DNA of 62,645 bases, counting the filler, from Chrysochromulina tobinii (Eukaryota): the NCBI GenBank assembly GCA_001275005.1. It is 4 parts of 4 records of this genome, joined end to end, with 100 filler letters (N's around TTAATTAATTAA, not from the genome) between each part and the next. Parts side by side here need not be neighbours in the genome. Positions count along the whole stretch, not along the records: positions 1 to 20,368 come from JWZX01001219.1; 3 more parts are not named here. The stretch is one strand, 5' to 3'. How positions within the stretch are numbered: position 1 is the stretch's first letter; the number at the start of each line of letters is the position of its first letter. Below are positions 1 through 10,964 of the stretch, one piece after another. A program made the position numbers and the translations under genes. The notes under the pieces are model-generated. The model ran no database searches. It was not told the DNA's origin and worked only from the letters and a program-made list of their open reading frames with translations.

Positions 1-276
1 AGCCGCGCCTTCAGCGCGCTCGACTGCACGGCCATCGCGAGCGCCATGTGCTCCGACGACCGCGGCGACGACTTTCGTTTTCCCAGTCTCCCGTCCTGAC
101 CGAACGCTGACCGAACTGACCGAACGCCGTTTCGCGGCCTTTACCATAAAGAAGTAATTCCTAGGAACCGAAAAAGAATTGAACGGAGCGAAGAGCTCTC
201 CTTGGTCGGCCGATCAAGCGCCAGGCTGGGTCTGCGACGCCTGCCGCGTGCGCGTCAGAGAGCGCACGTGAGGCTC

Positions 277-1506
277 ATGGGCTGCAGCAGCAGCAAGGGT
301 GATCAGGGCGCTGGCGATGGCGCTGAGGGATCCCAGGCGGCGGGCTCACCTGACAGGGCAAAGAGCTTTCGAGACCGCCGGCTGTCGATGAGCCACCTGC
401 CAGTAGGAAACAGGCGGCTGAGCGTGTACGGCAGCGACGGTAACATAGGTGGGCAGCCATCGGAGGTGCAATCGCCGATGCCATCGGTTGGCTGCAAGAC
501 GATGGGCGGCTTCGAGCCGGTGCCGGGCGGCTCGACGGCCAAGATCAACCAGGATCGTGGCGTTGCCATCTACCCGTTCACCGACTTGGAGAACTGCGGC
601 ATGTTTGGCGTGTACGACGGGCACGGGCGGGCGGGCGAGAAGGTGTCCGAGTTTGTGCTGCAGCACCTGCCCGCAGTGCTCGCAGCCCAGGGCGAGGCGC
701 TATGGTCTGATGTGGGCGGCACGCTAAAATATGCGTATGTCCAGGTTGACAGTGATCTCGCCAATGAGATGGACGCGAGCGTGAGCGGCACCACCGCTGT
801 CACTTGTCTCATCAAGGACAATCACTGCTGGCTCGCCAACTCGGGCGACTCGCGAGCGATCGTGATGCGCAAGTCGGCTAACGGTCTCAAAGCCGTCGAC
901 CTGACGAGCGACCACAAGCCCGACTCGCCCGGCGAGATGAAGCGCATCCTGAGCATGGGCGGTCACATCACGCCGGTGCGCTGCCGCCCGCTGCCTTGCC
1001 GCGGCTGCCTTGCCGCCGCTGCCTTGCCGCCGCGCGCGCGCGCGCCACCGTGCCGCTTCGCGCACTGCCGCTACCTCTGCCCTTGCCGCCGCGGCCGCTG
1101 TTGCTCACATGGATGGCGCTCTGTGCCCGTTCGTCTATGGCGCAGGCGGGCGCCAACGGCTCGCCCGCGCGCGTCTGGCACAACCTGCGGGGGCTCGCGA
1201 TGGCACGCTCAATAGGCGACCATGCGGCGGCGACGGTAGGAGTGATCTCCGAGCCGGAGATCACCGAGTACGACATTGTGGAGGATGACTTTGCGATCAT
1301 AATCGCTACCGATGGGGTGTGGGAGCTGCTCTCGTCGCAGCAGGTCGCCGACATTTTGCCACGGCGTGAAGAGCGGGGACGTGCAGGAGATGACCGAGGT
1401 CGTCGCTGAGCAGGCAAGCTATATGTGGAAGGTTGAGGAGGGCGACTACCGAGATGATATCACGCTGATCATCATCAAGTTGCCATGGCTAGGCTCAGCT
1501 GAATAA
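277..1506 (+). CDS. Protein phosphatase 2C (PPM family), predicted N-myristoylated/palmitoylated; intron 976-1145; apparent +1 frameshift near 1354
   Basis: Starts MGCSSSK. Motifs NQDR, FGVYDGHG, SGTTA, ANSGDSRA, DHKP, GLAMARSIGD, IIATDGVWE and DDIT. The GT..AG intron joins HITP|AGANGSPARVW. Removing one T from GACATTTTGC joins QVADI to CHGVKSGD...GSAE*. Confidence 0.9.
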
Positions 1507-1509
1507 CTG

Positions 1510-1557
1510 ATCACGCTGGTCATCATCAAATTGCCAAGGCTTGGCTCAGCTCAATAG
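1510..1557 (+). repeat. Tandem copy of the last 48 nt of the PP2C CDS (1459-1506)
   Basis: 42/48 identity by eye, and the stop is retained (TAA to TAG). Confidence 0.85.
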
Positions 1558-2170
1558 GCCCCGCTGGGGCTGTGAGCACAACCACATCGAGGTGAGCTTC
1601 TCAGCCCTCAGTGAGCTATAATCTCTGCGCAGCGCTCGTCGAGTGGAGCCGGACTTTCCCACTACGATACGTTGTCCTTCGTTGTATTTCTCTATTTCTG
1701 CATGCCCGTCGTCCTCTTGGCTCTTGCCAAAGCCTCTTTGAGTTGCTTCTGTGTTGTTAATGTGGTGTGCGCCATGTTGCATGTATGCTCCGGTGACCAC
1801 CACGCACCAGTCGATCCGCCGCGTTCCCGGTCCGCCTGTCGCTGTCCCCTTCTTCGTTAACAGCGTGTTTCCGCAATTCATATCTTACGTTTTCTCAGGT
1901 CGTGAGGCGTTCTTGTTCGCCCCCCCCGCGAGGGCCGTATCTAACCATACCTAGGAAGCTAGGTTATACCTTCCGAGAACCTCTGAGACCCAGACCGCTC
2001 GAGACTATCACGTATCGACTTCCTCGGAGCCGTCCGTCACGCACTTCGTCCATCGGGGATACTAATGCCGTTGGAGGGCGCTGGCTGACTGCGTCGCGTT
2101 TTCGTTGTGAACGACCGTGTGTTCACAGCAGCTTAGCATCTTGACGAAAATTGAGCATCCCGGTAGCGAA

Positions 2171-3427
2171 TCATGAGCGACCACCGGAGAGAGAGATGAG
2201 GTCATGTACGCCTCTCGCGAGCCGCTCCGCCGCCAAATCGACAGACGCCTGATCGCCCAGCCCTCCGTACGAGAGCCGAAGCTTGCCCGGACAGCCAAAG
2301 GCGCTGCCCGGCAGCAGCAGCAGCCCATGGCGCTGCGCCAGCCGCGCTATCGCAACCTCCTCGTCCACACCTTCTGGCAGCGGCAACAGGAAGTAGAACG
2401 CGCCGCGTGGACGCGTTGCCGTGGGCGCTCCTGCGGGGCCGGCAGTAGCCTCATAGAGCGGCGCGAGTACCCTCCACAGAGCCTCACGCGCGGGGCTTAG
2501 ACTAGCGAGCTGCTTGGCTACCCAAGGCTGTCCGAGGGCCGTAAGCGCATGTGCACCGACCTCCTGCGAGACCAAGGTTGCATGCGTGGGCAGAGTGTCC
2601 TGCACCTTGAGCAGAGGCTCGTGGAGTCGTGTGGGGTAGCTCGCGTACCCCACGCGCCAGCCGGCGAGCCCGTAGGACTTGGAGAAGGTGAAGAGGCTCA
2701 CCACCCCATCAGTGAGCTCCAGAGGCAACGGAGCGCCCGCCGGAGAATGGTAAGTCTCCCCTTCATGAATGAAGTGTTCGTATGCTTCGTCCGCCACGAG
2801 CCACGCGCCATGCTCGCGGCACGTCTCGAGGAGCGCTCGCGTCCGATCCATGCCGCACACCGCGCCGCTCGGGTTGGATGGGCTGACCAGCGTGACTGCC
2901 TTCACGCGGCCGTTGGCCGCCTCGAGAGCAGCTCGCAGCGCGGGCACCGTTGGCAGCCCCTCGTCATCGCAAGCCAGCACGCGAGGCACGAGTCCGAGCA
3001 GCTGGATCGCCACCAAATGGCTAAAGTAGTACGGGCGGAAGAGCACCACCTCGTCCCCAGGGTCGCACAGCGCGAGTAGTGTGGAGACGTAGGCCTGATT
3101 GGCGCCGTTGGTGACCATCACCTCGCGCTCGCTCATGTCGTGCCCGTTCTCGGTGGCGAGCTTCGCGCGTAGCGCCGTCAAGAGCACCGGCGCACCATGG
3201 CATGCTCCGTAGCGGCTATGCTCTGGGCGCCACATGCGCGAGGGCATCTCGTCTGCCGTCGGAGCCCAATGCGCCACGCCTGGAGCCAGATTCAGGATGC
3301 CCGGCCTGAGATAGCTTGCGATGACGCGCTCGACGACGGCTTCGTTTGCGTTCAGTGCGCGTTGCGAAGCCGGCATGCGGGTATGCATCGCACGTGCGCA
3401 GCACGTTCTCGCTCGTGCAGAAGCCAT
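2171..3427 (-). CDS. PLP-dependent class I/II aminotransferase, resembling plant VAS1/ISS1 aromatic aminotransferase
   Basis: Motifs LAPGVAHWAP, VMVTNGANQAY, LCDPGDEVVLFRPYY, SPSNPSG, VADEAYEHF, FSKSYGLAGWRVGY (PLP Lys) and LLKVQDTLP. The start codon is uncertain. Confidence 0.9.
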   Translation of the reverse strand: MASARARTCCARAMHTRMPASQRALNANEAVVERVIASYLRPGILNLAPGVAHWAPTADEMPSRMWRPEHSRYGACHGAPVLLTALRAKLATENGHDMSEREVMVTNGANQAYVSTLLALCDPGDEVVLFRPYYFSHLVAIQLLGLVPRVLACDDEGLPTVPALRAALEAANGRVKAVTLVSPSNPSGAVCGMDRTRALLETCREHGAWLVADEAYEHFIHEGETYHSPAGAPLPLELTDGVVSLFTFSKSYGLAGWRVGYASYPTRLHEPLLKVQDTLPTHATLVSQEVGAHALTALGQPWVAKQLASLSPAREALWRVLAPLYEATAGPAGAPTATRPRGAFYFLLPLPEGVDEEVAIARLAQRHGLLLLPGSAFGCPGKLRLSYGGLGDQASVDLAAERLARGVHDLISLSGGRS

Positions 3428-3529
3428 CGTGTTCACAAGGACAAAAAGGGCTTCACGGAAATTTCGTTAACAGTGACTTAGTGTGAATCACGTGCGGATC
3501 GCGAGAACGGGCACGAGTGCGCACACCTA

Positions 3530-6187
3530 TCACAACCCGGTCCCCCCCTTTTCAAGCTCCTTGAAATCGGCGGGATCGAGCAGCACGGCGGGTTCAACCA
3601 GCGCGAGCACCTTGAACTTACTGCCCCACTTCTTGTCGCCGAGTGTCTGCCGGTGGCGGTAGTTTTGCGGCCTGCCAGTGGCGGGCTCGTGCTCGAGCCG
3701 GAGCGTGCACGCAGTGGCGTCGACAGCGGCCCAGCTCGCCGCGTGGTCTTGCGGTGGATGCACGGGGAGCATCATCATTGCTAAGATGGAGGAGCGTTGG
3801 CGATGCGAGCCGTAGAGTGTGGTGCCGTTGCATCTGCATCCCCGGACACAGCCCACGCGCAAGTTGCCCATGTTCTCGTCATACGAGCGCAGGTAGCCGA
3901 GCGCGATCGTGCCTGCGGGCGGCGGCGGCACGTCCAGCTCGAGCACACTCGGTGCCACCAAGCTGAGCAGTCCCGGCTTATCGACCGTAAGCGGCTGGCC
4001 CGGGTCCCGCTCTACATAGCTCCACGAGCCATTGAGCACCCGCCAAGCCAGATTGAGGAGCGTGCGGCCGCGCAGGCAGATGCCGTGCCCACTCCCGAGG
4101 CGCGGCTCCGCCATCGCCGCTACCAGCGGCGGCGGCAGGGCACTCGGTCTCGTCAGCCGCGCCGCCGCGAGGGCATTGCCGACCACGCTAGGCTCGTTGA
4201 CGCTGGGCGGCGGCGCGCGTCGCCGCAGAAGCATCGGGATCAACCCAGATGGGGCAGCCACGTCCCTTGGCTGCTGCCGCCGCCGGCGCAAGTAGCTCCG
4301 TGCACGCGCGGTGCTCTCGTTGAGAAAGCTCGTGAGGATCGTAGTGACGACGGCCGCCCCGAGGGGCTTCAGGTGGCCGCACCCATACAAACCATATGAG
4401 TCACACAGGGTGCCTCGGAAGCGCAGATCCGCGCAGTCGCGATGCCAGAGCGCATTGCGCGGTGCGAGCGAGGGCAGATCATACCAGCGCGCCACGGCGT
4501 CGACGGCGATCTGCGGCGAGTGCAGCCAGGGCACGCCGCGCCAAGGGCCCTCGAGGATGCGCTGTCGTGCATGGCCGCGCTCCAAGTTAGCACACCAGCC
4601 CAGACGATCCCAGCTGAGGAAGAGGAGCGCAGGCCGATGGGGGCGGTGCAACAAGCGGCGCACGAGCAGCTCGTACACGAGCACACGCCTCCGAAGGGAC
4701 TCCGCGTCGACCACGGGCTGATGCTCGGCGTCGTTGAGGGCGTGCTCAAGTATGATCAAGTCCACCCGCTCAGGTAGCCGGTTCTCGGAGCACAGAGCAA
4801 AGAAGGCGGAGCCCGTCGCGCCGATCGCGCCGTTGTAGAGTGAGAGGCGCGCCGCCGGCCACGTGCGCTGCATCCAGCCTAGGAGCCCTTCGGGCCAGTT
4901 GGGCGTGTGGTTGGAGCGGGAGGGCAGGCTCATCGAGCCACCAAGCACGCCGATGGCCACCTCCTGTCCACTCTCGAGCTTCGCAAGCACGCGTGCCCAG
5001 TCGGCAAGATGCCCCATGTGCGCACGCGTGCGCGCGAGCGCCGTCTCGAGCGCCGTCTGCGCATTTGGGAGCGCCGCCTCGAGCGCCGTCTCGAGCGACC
5101 CGCCACTGGCAGGGCCGCCGGCAGGGCCACCGGCGCCGCCGGCCTGTGCGCTACCGCTTGGGCCACTGAGCGCCGCTGCGACGGCCGCGGCCGACTGGTC
5201 CGCCGATCCTATCGCGCACTCTTGCTGCTCGTCTGTAGTAGTGGTTGCTGGCATGCTAAGGACCCTCTGGCAGAGACCGAGTGCCGTGTTGGGCGAGCGT
5301 GCCGCGCCGGCGGCGGCGGCCGCTGATGATGCACTCACGCTCGTCTGCCACGGCCAGCCGGTATGGGTCTGAGCGTCCCTGTGGTGGATGCGCCCGTCAC
5401 GATCGTGCGCGTCTTGGCGGCTTCCATCGCCGCCGTTGGCAAGCCACTCGGGGCACGAGGCAGCTGCGATTGCGCCCGCGCGCCACACGCCACACCGAAG
5501 CCCGTCGCTCTTGACGACGCACGGCCGATCCAACGCCTCGGCCGATCCATCGAGCAGCATCTGTCGCTCAGGCATGCGCCATGCCACGCGCGGGCCCGCC
5601 CTGGCCTCGGCAGTCCTTGACGAGCGCAGCCATCGCAGCGTCATGGCCGCTAGCTCGTTGTCGTCGTCGTCGTCGTCGATGCCAGATGAGGCGCTAGCAG
5701 TGGTGATGCCGCCAACGGAAGCGCCACGGTCGCCGCATGAGAGCATGGTCGGTAGGCCGTAGAATTGGGCAAAGAGCGAGAGCGGATGGGTGAGTGAGCG
5801 CAAGGCCATGTGCTCCCGCTGCACTGGGCCAAGGCCTGATGCCACGGGCGTGGCACAGTGCAGAAGCAGCGCAGCACTCGGCCGTGACATGGTCGAGGCC
5901 GTCGCGCGCAGTAGCCGCTCGGCAAGCGCTATGATGGATGCATAGTGGGCGGTCGAGTTCCGCCCGAGCTCAAAGAGCAGCACGTCCGCTGATGCTCCGA
6001 GCTGTGCGAGGAGCGGCTTTGGCAGGCATGCAGTCGCCTCAAGGTCGGCAATGGAAACATGGGTGAGCTCTGCGATGCTGCGATTGAGTCCACGCAGCAC
6101 GAGCAGCGGCCATGGCGTCGTGCTCGCCTGCGACGATATGGCGAGCAGTCGCATCGGGCGCCGCCTTGCGCCGTGGTCGGACGCCAT
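3530..6187 (-). CDS. SGNH-hydrolase-type esterase-like protein with a degenerate N-terminal copy of the domain
   Basis: Block I GVLGGSMS, block II NGAIGATGS, block III DLIILEHALND, and a C-terminal GHL. A DKPGLL...LGYLRSY...GCRC accessory region follows. Confidence 0.7.
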   Translation of the reverse strand: MASDHGARRRPMRLLAISSQASTTPWPLLVLRGLNRSIAELTHVSIADLEATACLPKPLLAQLGASADVLLFELGRNSTAHYASIIALAERLLRATASTMSRPSAALLLHCATPVASGLGPVQREHMALRSLTHPLSLFAQFYGLPTMLSCGDRGASVGGITTASASSGIDDDDDDNELAAMTLRWLRSSRTAEARAGPRVAWRMPERQMLLDGSAEALDRPCVVKSDGLRCGVWRAGAIAAASCPEWLANGGDGSRQDAHDRDGRIHHRDAQTHTGWPWQTSVSASSAAAAAGAARSPNTALGLCQRVLSMPATTTTDEQQECAIGSADQSAAAVAAALSGPSGSAQAGGAGGPAGGPASGGSLETALEAALPNAQTALETALARTRAHMGHLADWARVLAKLESGQEVAIGVLGGSMSLPSRSNHTPNWPEGLLGWMQRTWPAARLSLYNGAIGATGSAFFALCSENRLPERVDLIILEHALNDAEHQPVVDAESLRRRVLVYELLVRRLLHRPHRPALLFLSWDRLGWCANLERGHARQRILEGPWRGVPWLHSPQIAVDAVARWYDLPSLAPRNALWHRDCADLRFRGTLCDSYGLYGCGHLKPLGAAVVTTILTSFLNESTARARSYLRRRRQQPRDVAAPSGLIPMLLRRRAPPPSVNEPSVVGNALAAARLTRPSALPPPLVAAMAEPRLGSGHGICLRGRTLLNLAWRVLNGSWSYVERDPGQPLTVDKPGLLSLVAPSVLELDVPPPPAGTIALGYLRSYDENMGNLRVGCVRGCRCNGTTLYGSHRQRSSILAMMMLPVHPPQDHAASWAAVDATACTLRLEHEPATGRPQNYRHRQTLGDKKWGSKFKVLALVEPAVLLDPADFKELEKGGTGL

Positions 6188-6509
6188 TCACGGACGAGAA
6201 GGTGTGTTTGGTGCTGAAGTCGGAGCTTGCAAGTGCTCCTACCCTGCTGGCTGGAGTACTCGGTTGTTCTTGATTAAGTCCATGTTCTTTTCTCGGAAGA
6301 GGTGAGCGGAGATATGGAGAGATTTGTACAACTTTGATCACCTGATCCGGTGACTTTGTACTTTGCCTGATGAAATCGCCGAGCTTCAAAATCGGAAAAC
6401 TTCGCACCGCTATCGGCAATGCACGTCGCGGGGCCCGGGCTGAGGGCGTTTGTCAGCCTTCTTAGTCTTCAGGCGTCTCTCCTAAGGGCGAGCGAGACAG
6501 CTGTCATCC

Positions 6510-8222
6510 ATGCCGCTACGCTCCCTAGAAGCTGAGTCTGAACGCAACGCCACAGACAGCCTCCTGTCCCTCGCTGGGGCTGATGGGGGCGAATGGGGAT
6601 GCAACGGGGGCACTTCTGGCGCCCGCACTCCGGCGGCAGCGGGACCGTTTGGCCCGGGCCCATCTGGGACAACCGAGGTGGCTGCTGCCGCTGCGGATGA
6701 GGTCCGGTATGCGGCCGATGCGGAAGATGCGTCAGATGCGGAGGTGGAGGACTCCGTGGAGGACGCCGAGGTCACCGAGAAGGCCGAAGGGGGGTTGATC
6801 TACTGCGAAGCAACGTCTGAGACGGCAAGCAGCACCGCTTCACTACCATTGGCGTACTCGTCGATTGCGGTCTACCCGCCGCAGCCGTTGGCGCACGGCG
6901 GAGCGCCACAGGCGTATTCGGCGGGCGCGCACGCGGCCGGTGCACCCCCTCAGCACAGGGGGACCTACGGCCTCTCGGAACAGTCCCCACAGCGACAGTC
7001 CACCCCCTCGTTCACAGGCTCGCCAACGCACCAGCCCTCGAGCGCAGCAGCGCAGCCAGTGACGGCCATCGTAATGCATGCAACTTCGCCGCAGCAGGTC
7101 GCGCACTCTGCGGGGTCTGCCCACCCTGCCCCATCGGGCCCGATGATTGGCGGCATGCCAGCATACCAACGGCAGTACTACCAACCGCAGTACTACCAAC
7201 CGCAGTACTACCAACCGCAGCAGGGACAGCTATACTATCAGCAGCAACTGCCGCCGCATTACCAGCAGCAGCCGATCTACCAGCCGCTGCCGCTACAACA
7301 GCACTACCAGCCGCAGCCGCAGCACTACCAAATGGCGCCACAGCCGCCGCCGCAGCAGCACCAGCACCCAATGCAGTACCAACTTCAGCCCCAACAGTTT
7401 GCCGATCCCCCCGCGAGTCTCCCGACTGCTCCCGCTAGTAGTCTGCGGAAGCAATCCCGGTCAGAGGACGGCACAACTCCTGACGAGGATGAAGAATTCG
7501 AGTGTGGGGGTCGCCACTGGAGCTCGAGCAAGAAGCACAAGCATAACGTCGCTGAGCGGCGACGCACCTCGCGACTCAACGCACTCTTTGAGGAGCTCGC
7601 GCAGATCGTCGTCTCGCGCGCCGACCTGTACCGCGAAAAGCAGCCGGGCAACTCGAAGGCGGACGTACTGACCACGTCGGTCTCGTGCATACGCCACTGC
7701 TTCTCTACGATCGATCAGCTCAAGGGCCTGCTCAACATGGCGCTCGCGCAGCTCAACCAATCCCATGAGGACGCTGGCGCGTCGCCAGGGCAGCCTCTCT
7801 CGCAGCAGGCGCTCGCAGCAAGGGTCACCACACTCGCCACATCAGCCGGCACCATCGCACCCGTCTCGGTGGCTTCTCCCATCGTCCCCCTTTCCCTCGT
7901 CCCCCCTCCTGCCGCCTCTGCTGCGGCAGCAAAGGCCGTTTCCGCACCCAGAGCTTGCGCACCCAGAGTTGTGGCGGCGGCGGCGGCCGGCATCGCCTCC
8001 ATCACCCCTGCTATACCTGTCTCCCTACCCGCAGCAATGCCTGTGCCGGTGCACTCCATCGTACCGGTCGTCGCGCTCACGGCCGCGGCTGGCGCAATGG
8101 CCGCCGCCTCACCCGAACCAAGTAGGTCCCACAGCGAGGTCGCGGCTGTCGCATCCACAGTTGCTTCTGCCATTCACCTGCCCCAACACTCTCCGGCTCG
8201 TGCACAGTGGAAATCGCCCTAG
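6510..8222 (+). CDS. bHLH transcription factor with Q/P/Y-rich low-complexity region
   Basis: KHKHNVAERRRTSRLNALFEELAQIV...NSKADVLTTSVSCIRH carries the H-E-R basic motif and helix 2 KADVL. (YYQPQ) repeats are present. Confidence 0.85.
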   Translation: MPLRSLEAESERNATDSLLSLAGADGGEWGCNGGTSGARTPAAAGPFGPGPSGTTEVAAAAADEVRYAADAEDASDAEVEDSVEDAEVTEKAEGGLIYCEATSETASSTASLPLAYSSIAVYPPQPLAHGGAPQAYSAGAHAAGAPPQHRGTYGLSEQSPQRQSTPSFTGSPTHQPSSAAAQPVTAIVMHATSPQQVAHSAGSAHPAPSGPMIGGMPAYQRQYYQPQYYQPQYYQPQQGQLYYQQQLPPHYQQQPIYQPLPLQQHYQPQPQHYQMAPQPPPQQHQHPMQYQLQPQQFADPPASLPTAPASSLRKQSRSEDGTTPDEDEEFECGGRHWSSSKKHKHNVAERRRTSRLNALFEELAQIVVSRADLYREKQPGNSKADVLTTSVSCIRHCFSTIDQLKGLLNMALAQLNQSHEDAGASPGQPLSQQALAARVTTLATSAGTIAPVSVASPIVPLSLVPPPAASAAAAKAVSAPRACAPRVVAAAAAGIASITPAIPVSLPAAMPVPVHSIVPVVALTAAAGAMAAASPEPSRSHSEVAAVASTVASAIHLPQHSPARAQWKSP

Positions 8223-8313
8223 GCCCAGCGGCATGGGCGCGACAGGCCGCACTCCGCGGCGTTACTGACGTGCGTCGCGCGACGAAAAAGAACGCAAATT
8301 ACTGTAGTTTTAC

Positions 8314-8602
8314 TGTAGGCTGGGTTTCTTCGCCCTTTAGCGTAGGAACTGGTGACCTAGGGGCTAGGCGAGTAGTGCTGGTATCGTGAAGACCGTTGCC
8401 CACCTTCGTGCGAAGTCTGCGGAACGCGGAACGATCCGGAAAAATTGCAAACGGTCGAACCGGACCGTCGCTCCACCGCACGCGCGCACGGCGGGGGCAG
8501 GGCTTCCCCGCTCCCCGGCGGTCCCCCGTCGTCCGCGCCGCGCGGTCTACCTAAGAGAGAGAGAGAGAAGAGAGAACTTTGTAACTTACCAAGCTACCTA
8601 CA
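8314..8602 (+). mobile_element. Putative LTR-like relic
   Basis: TGTAGG...CCTACA terminal inverted repeat and an internal (GA)n tract. It is followed by a TGG-starting PBS-like segment and a purine tract plus TG at 8630-8650. No TSD or matching second LTR was seen. Confidence 0.3.
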
Positions 8603-8943
8603 CATTGGCAGGACCCCCTGAATTGCGGTGGGGGAATTTGAAGGGGATGTCGGCGTGGGAGTAGGGCGGCATGCGAGAGAGAGAAGAGCGCGACCGAGAA
8701 GATAGTGTTTCCGATAGCGAGATCTTTATCGATACATCACGAGAGACATACGGAGACACACATCCCATCCCTGATTGCCTTTCACAATCTAACCCGCTCC
8801 ACCGCGCGTCAGCGCCACCATCAGCGTGGGCAGCTCCGTCCTCACGGCAGCCTCACTGAGCCCGACGTACGTGTTGCGCCCGACCTGAGCGCCCACGTCC
8901 CTGCCTGAGATCAACCGCCGCCCGCCGAAGTCGCCCCAGCTTG

Positions 8944-10326
8944 TCAGGCGCTCCAGGCGTCTGCCAAGGCTGCTGGAAGCCGCCCGCCTGCCCGGTAGTA
9001 TCGGGCAGCGAGCACCAGGGACTTCCCAGGCTCTCCCCAGTGCGCACCCAGTGAGAGGGCGTCTGCCCCCTTTTTGGTCGAGAGGAGGACGGGGAAGCAT
9101 TGGTCGTCGCTCAGCGAGTAGTGCTTGGCGATCGCGTTCGTGTCGTAGACTAGCGTGCCCAGCCTGAAAGCGTGCGACCGCAGCGTGCCCAGCCTGAAAG
9201 CGTGCGACGGCGACCGCAGCGCCGCCGGGAGCAAGTCCATAGCCAAGGAGAAAGCCGGGAAATGCCTTGCCAGGGCGGCGTTGCCCAGCGTAGTCACATT
9301 AGAGTACCCCAGCGTCCCCGCACGCAAGGAGTCAGCGACCTCCCTGATGAGCGAGTTCGGCTCCGCCCGCGCCGATTGCGAGCAGCGGTCTGGTGCGACG
9401 GCGCCCATGCGCAGGAAGGCGAGGAAGGGGAAGATCGAGGTCTCGTCCATCCTCGAGCCCAGCTTGACCAGGTAGAACCACTCCAACTCAGCCGGGGCAC
9501 CGGCAGGGGCGCCCGCTCTGCCCGTCACCGCGACCACAGCAGGTCTGGCGGGCACGGCGATGACAGCGGAGATGGCCGCGTTCCCAGGGTGCGCTTGCAC
9601 CGCTGGCACGGCGGGCACGGCGGGCACGTACTCCGAAGCTGCGCGTTTACCACGGGCTTGCACCGCTGCCACCGCGGGGCGTCCCGGTACGCCTGCCACT
9701 GCGACCACTGGAGGCCTAGGCGGCACGAACGCCTGACCGACGACGGCGGGCACGGCAGGGGCGGCGTTAACAGCCAGCACCGGCGGTATGGCGGCGGAGA
9801 TAAAGGGTGACAGGATAAACAGCTCGAGAGGGTCGAGCAGGAAAGGCGAGGGGTCCGGGCAGCGCGAGAGGGCGACCTCGAGCACGTCAAGATGCGCCCG
9901 AGTGGAGGTGTATACCTTCCCGAGCACGCCCAGCCCCTCCTGAGCGTCAGCGAAGCGCGCCATCGCGCCCAAAGAGATCATCGTGAGGAGCTCAGGCAGC
10001 CGCAGGGCGGCGCTCGCGCCCACTGCTCCCCAGTCGAGGTGCATGGGCGCTCCCAGGACGTGGAGAAGAACCAGTGCGGGGGCAGCCACATGCCCTGGGA
10101 AGACGGCAGACACATCGACCCATCCCAGAGTAGGGAAAGCCCGGTAGACGGCGCATCTCCTCTGAACGCGCAGGTAGTCCAGCTCCAACTCCGCGCCCAC
10201 GGGCGCACACCTGGTGAAGACGTGTGGCACAGCCGGCGGAGCGTAAGGGGCGATCGGATGCAGAGCGGGTGGGGCCGCAGCCCCTGGCGCCAGTCTACGA
10301 GGCGCATCCCAACCCAGCGCCGCCAT
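8944..10326 (-). mobile_element. Degenerate transposon ORF, possibly gag-like ORF1 of a tyrosine-recombinase retroelement
   Basis: Intronless, Ala/Pro/Val-rich ORF (PAVPAV repeats) with an internal 30-nt tandem duplication at about 9153-9208. It has a Cys/His-containing tail (QCFPVLLSTKKG...HWGEPG), an LTR-like piece on one side and (TATG)n on the other. No host domain was recognised. Confidence 0.4.
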
Positions 10327-10964
10327 CACTCCGGAAGAGGCAGAGGCTTGTGTGTGGGGCCGCTGAAAGCGAGAGCGCAGCTGTATCGGGTCCCTGAGCA
10401 CGACAAACGCGGCGGAGCCGGTGGCAGGGCCCAGGAAGGACACAATGCGCGGACGGCTTCGAAGCTTCGCGCGGGCGTCACCAATTTTAGACGTCACGAC
10501 GTCTGGACGTTCTGCCCGATATGGCAAGTACAGTATGCATATGGTTTCCCCCGCCCGCCGGCGCATCTAGCTCACTGTTGCGCCTGCCGCCCTTGTCGTT
10601 GATCGTTGTTCGCCCCTGAAGACAACCAATCTACAAGATGCGCTATCTTCGCGATAGTATGTATGTATGCCTTTTACCATCTCCGCCCACTCCCTTCCAC
10701 AACTGCTGGCCTCCGGAGCACATTCAATAGGCTTCCGTATCGTGGTTGTCTGTTGTTTTCTGGTTTATGTTGACTTTACTATTGTACTTGACTTGACAAC
10801 CACCACAGCGCCAGGACTAGGGCCACGCTGGGAGCCTATACTCTCGAGTCCAGCGTTCGGACGAGCTGGGGGACCGCGACGAAACTTTCTGTAACAGAGG
10901 ACGAACTTGCAGGTACGAACTGATCTCGGAGATCTCGGAGAGAGGAGCACGAACGAGTGTGTTC

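Noticed and set aside
1350..1360. PP2C frameshift as a pseudogene or programmed frameshift
   Set aside because: It is one extra T in a homopolymer of an otherwise intact gene, most likely a sequencing error.
1560..2160. Lower-GC intergenic stretch with short ORFs
   Set aside because: No recognisable domain, termini or second copy in the window.
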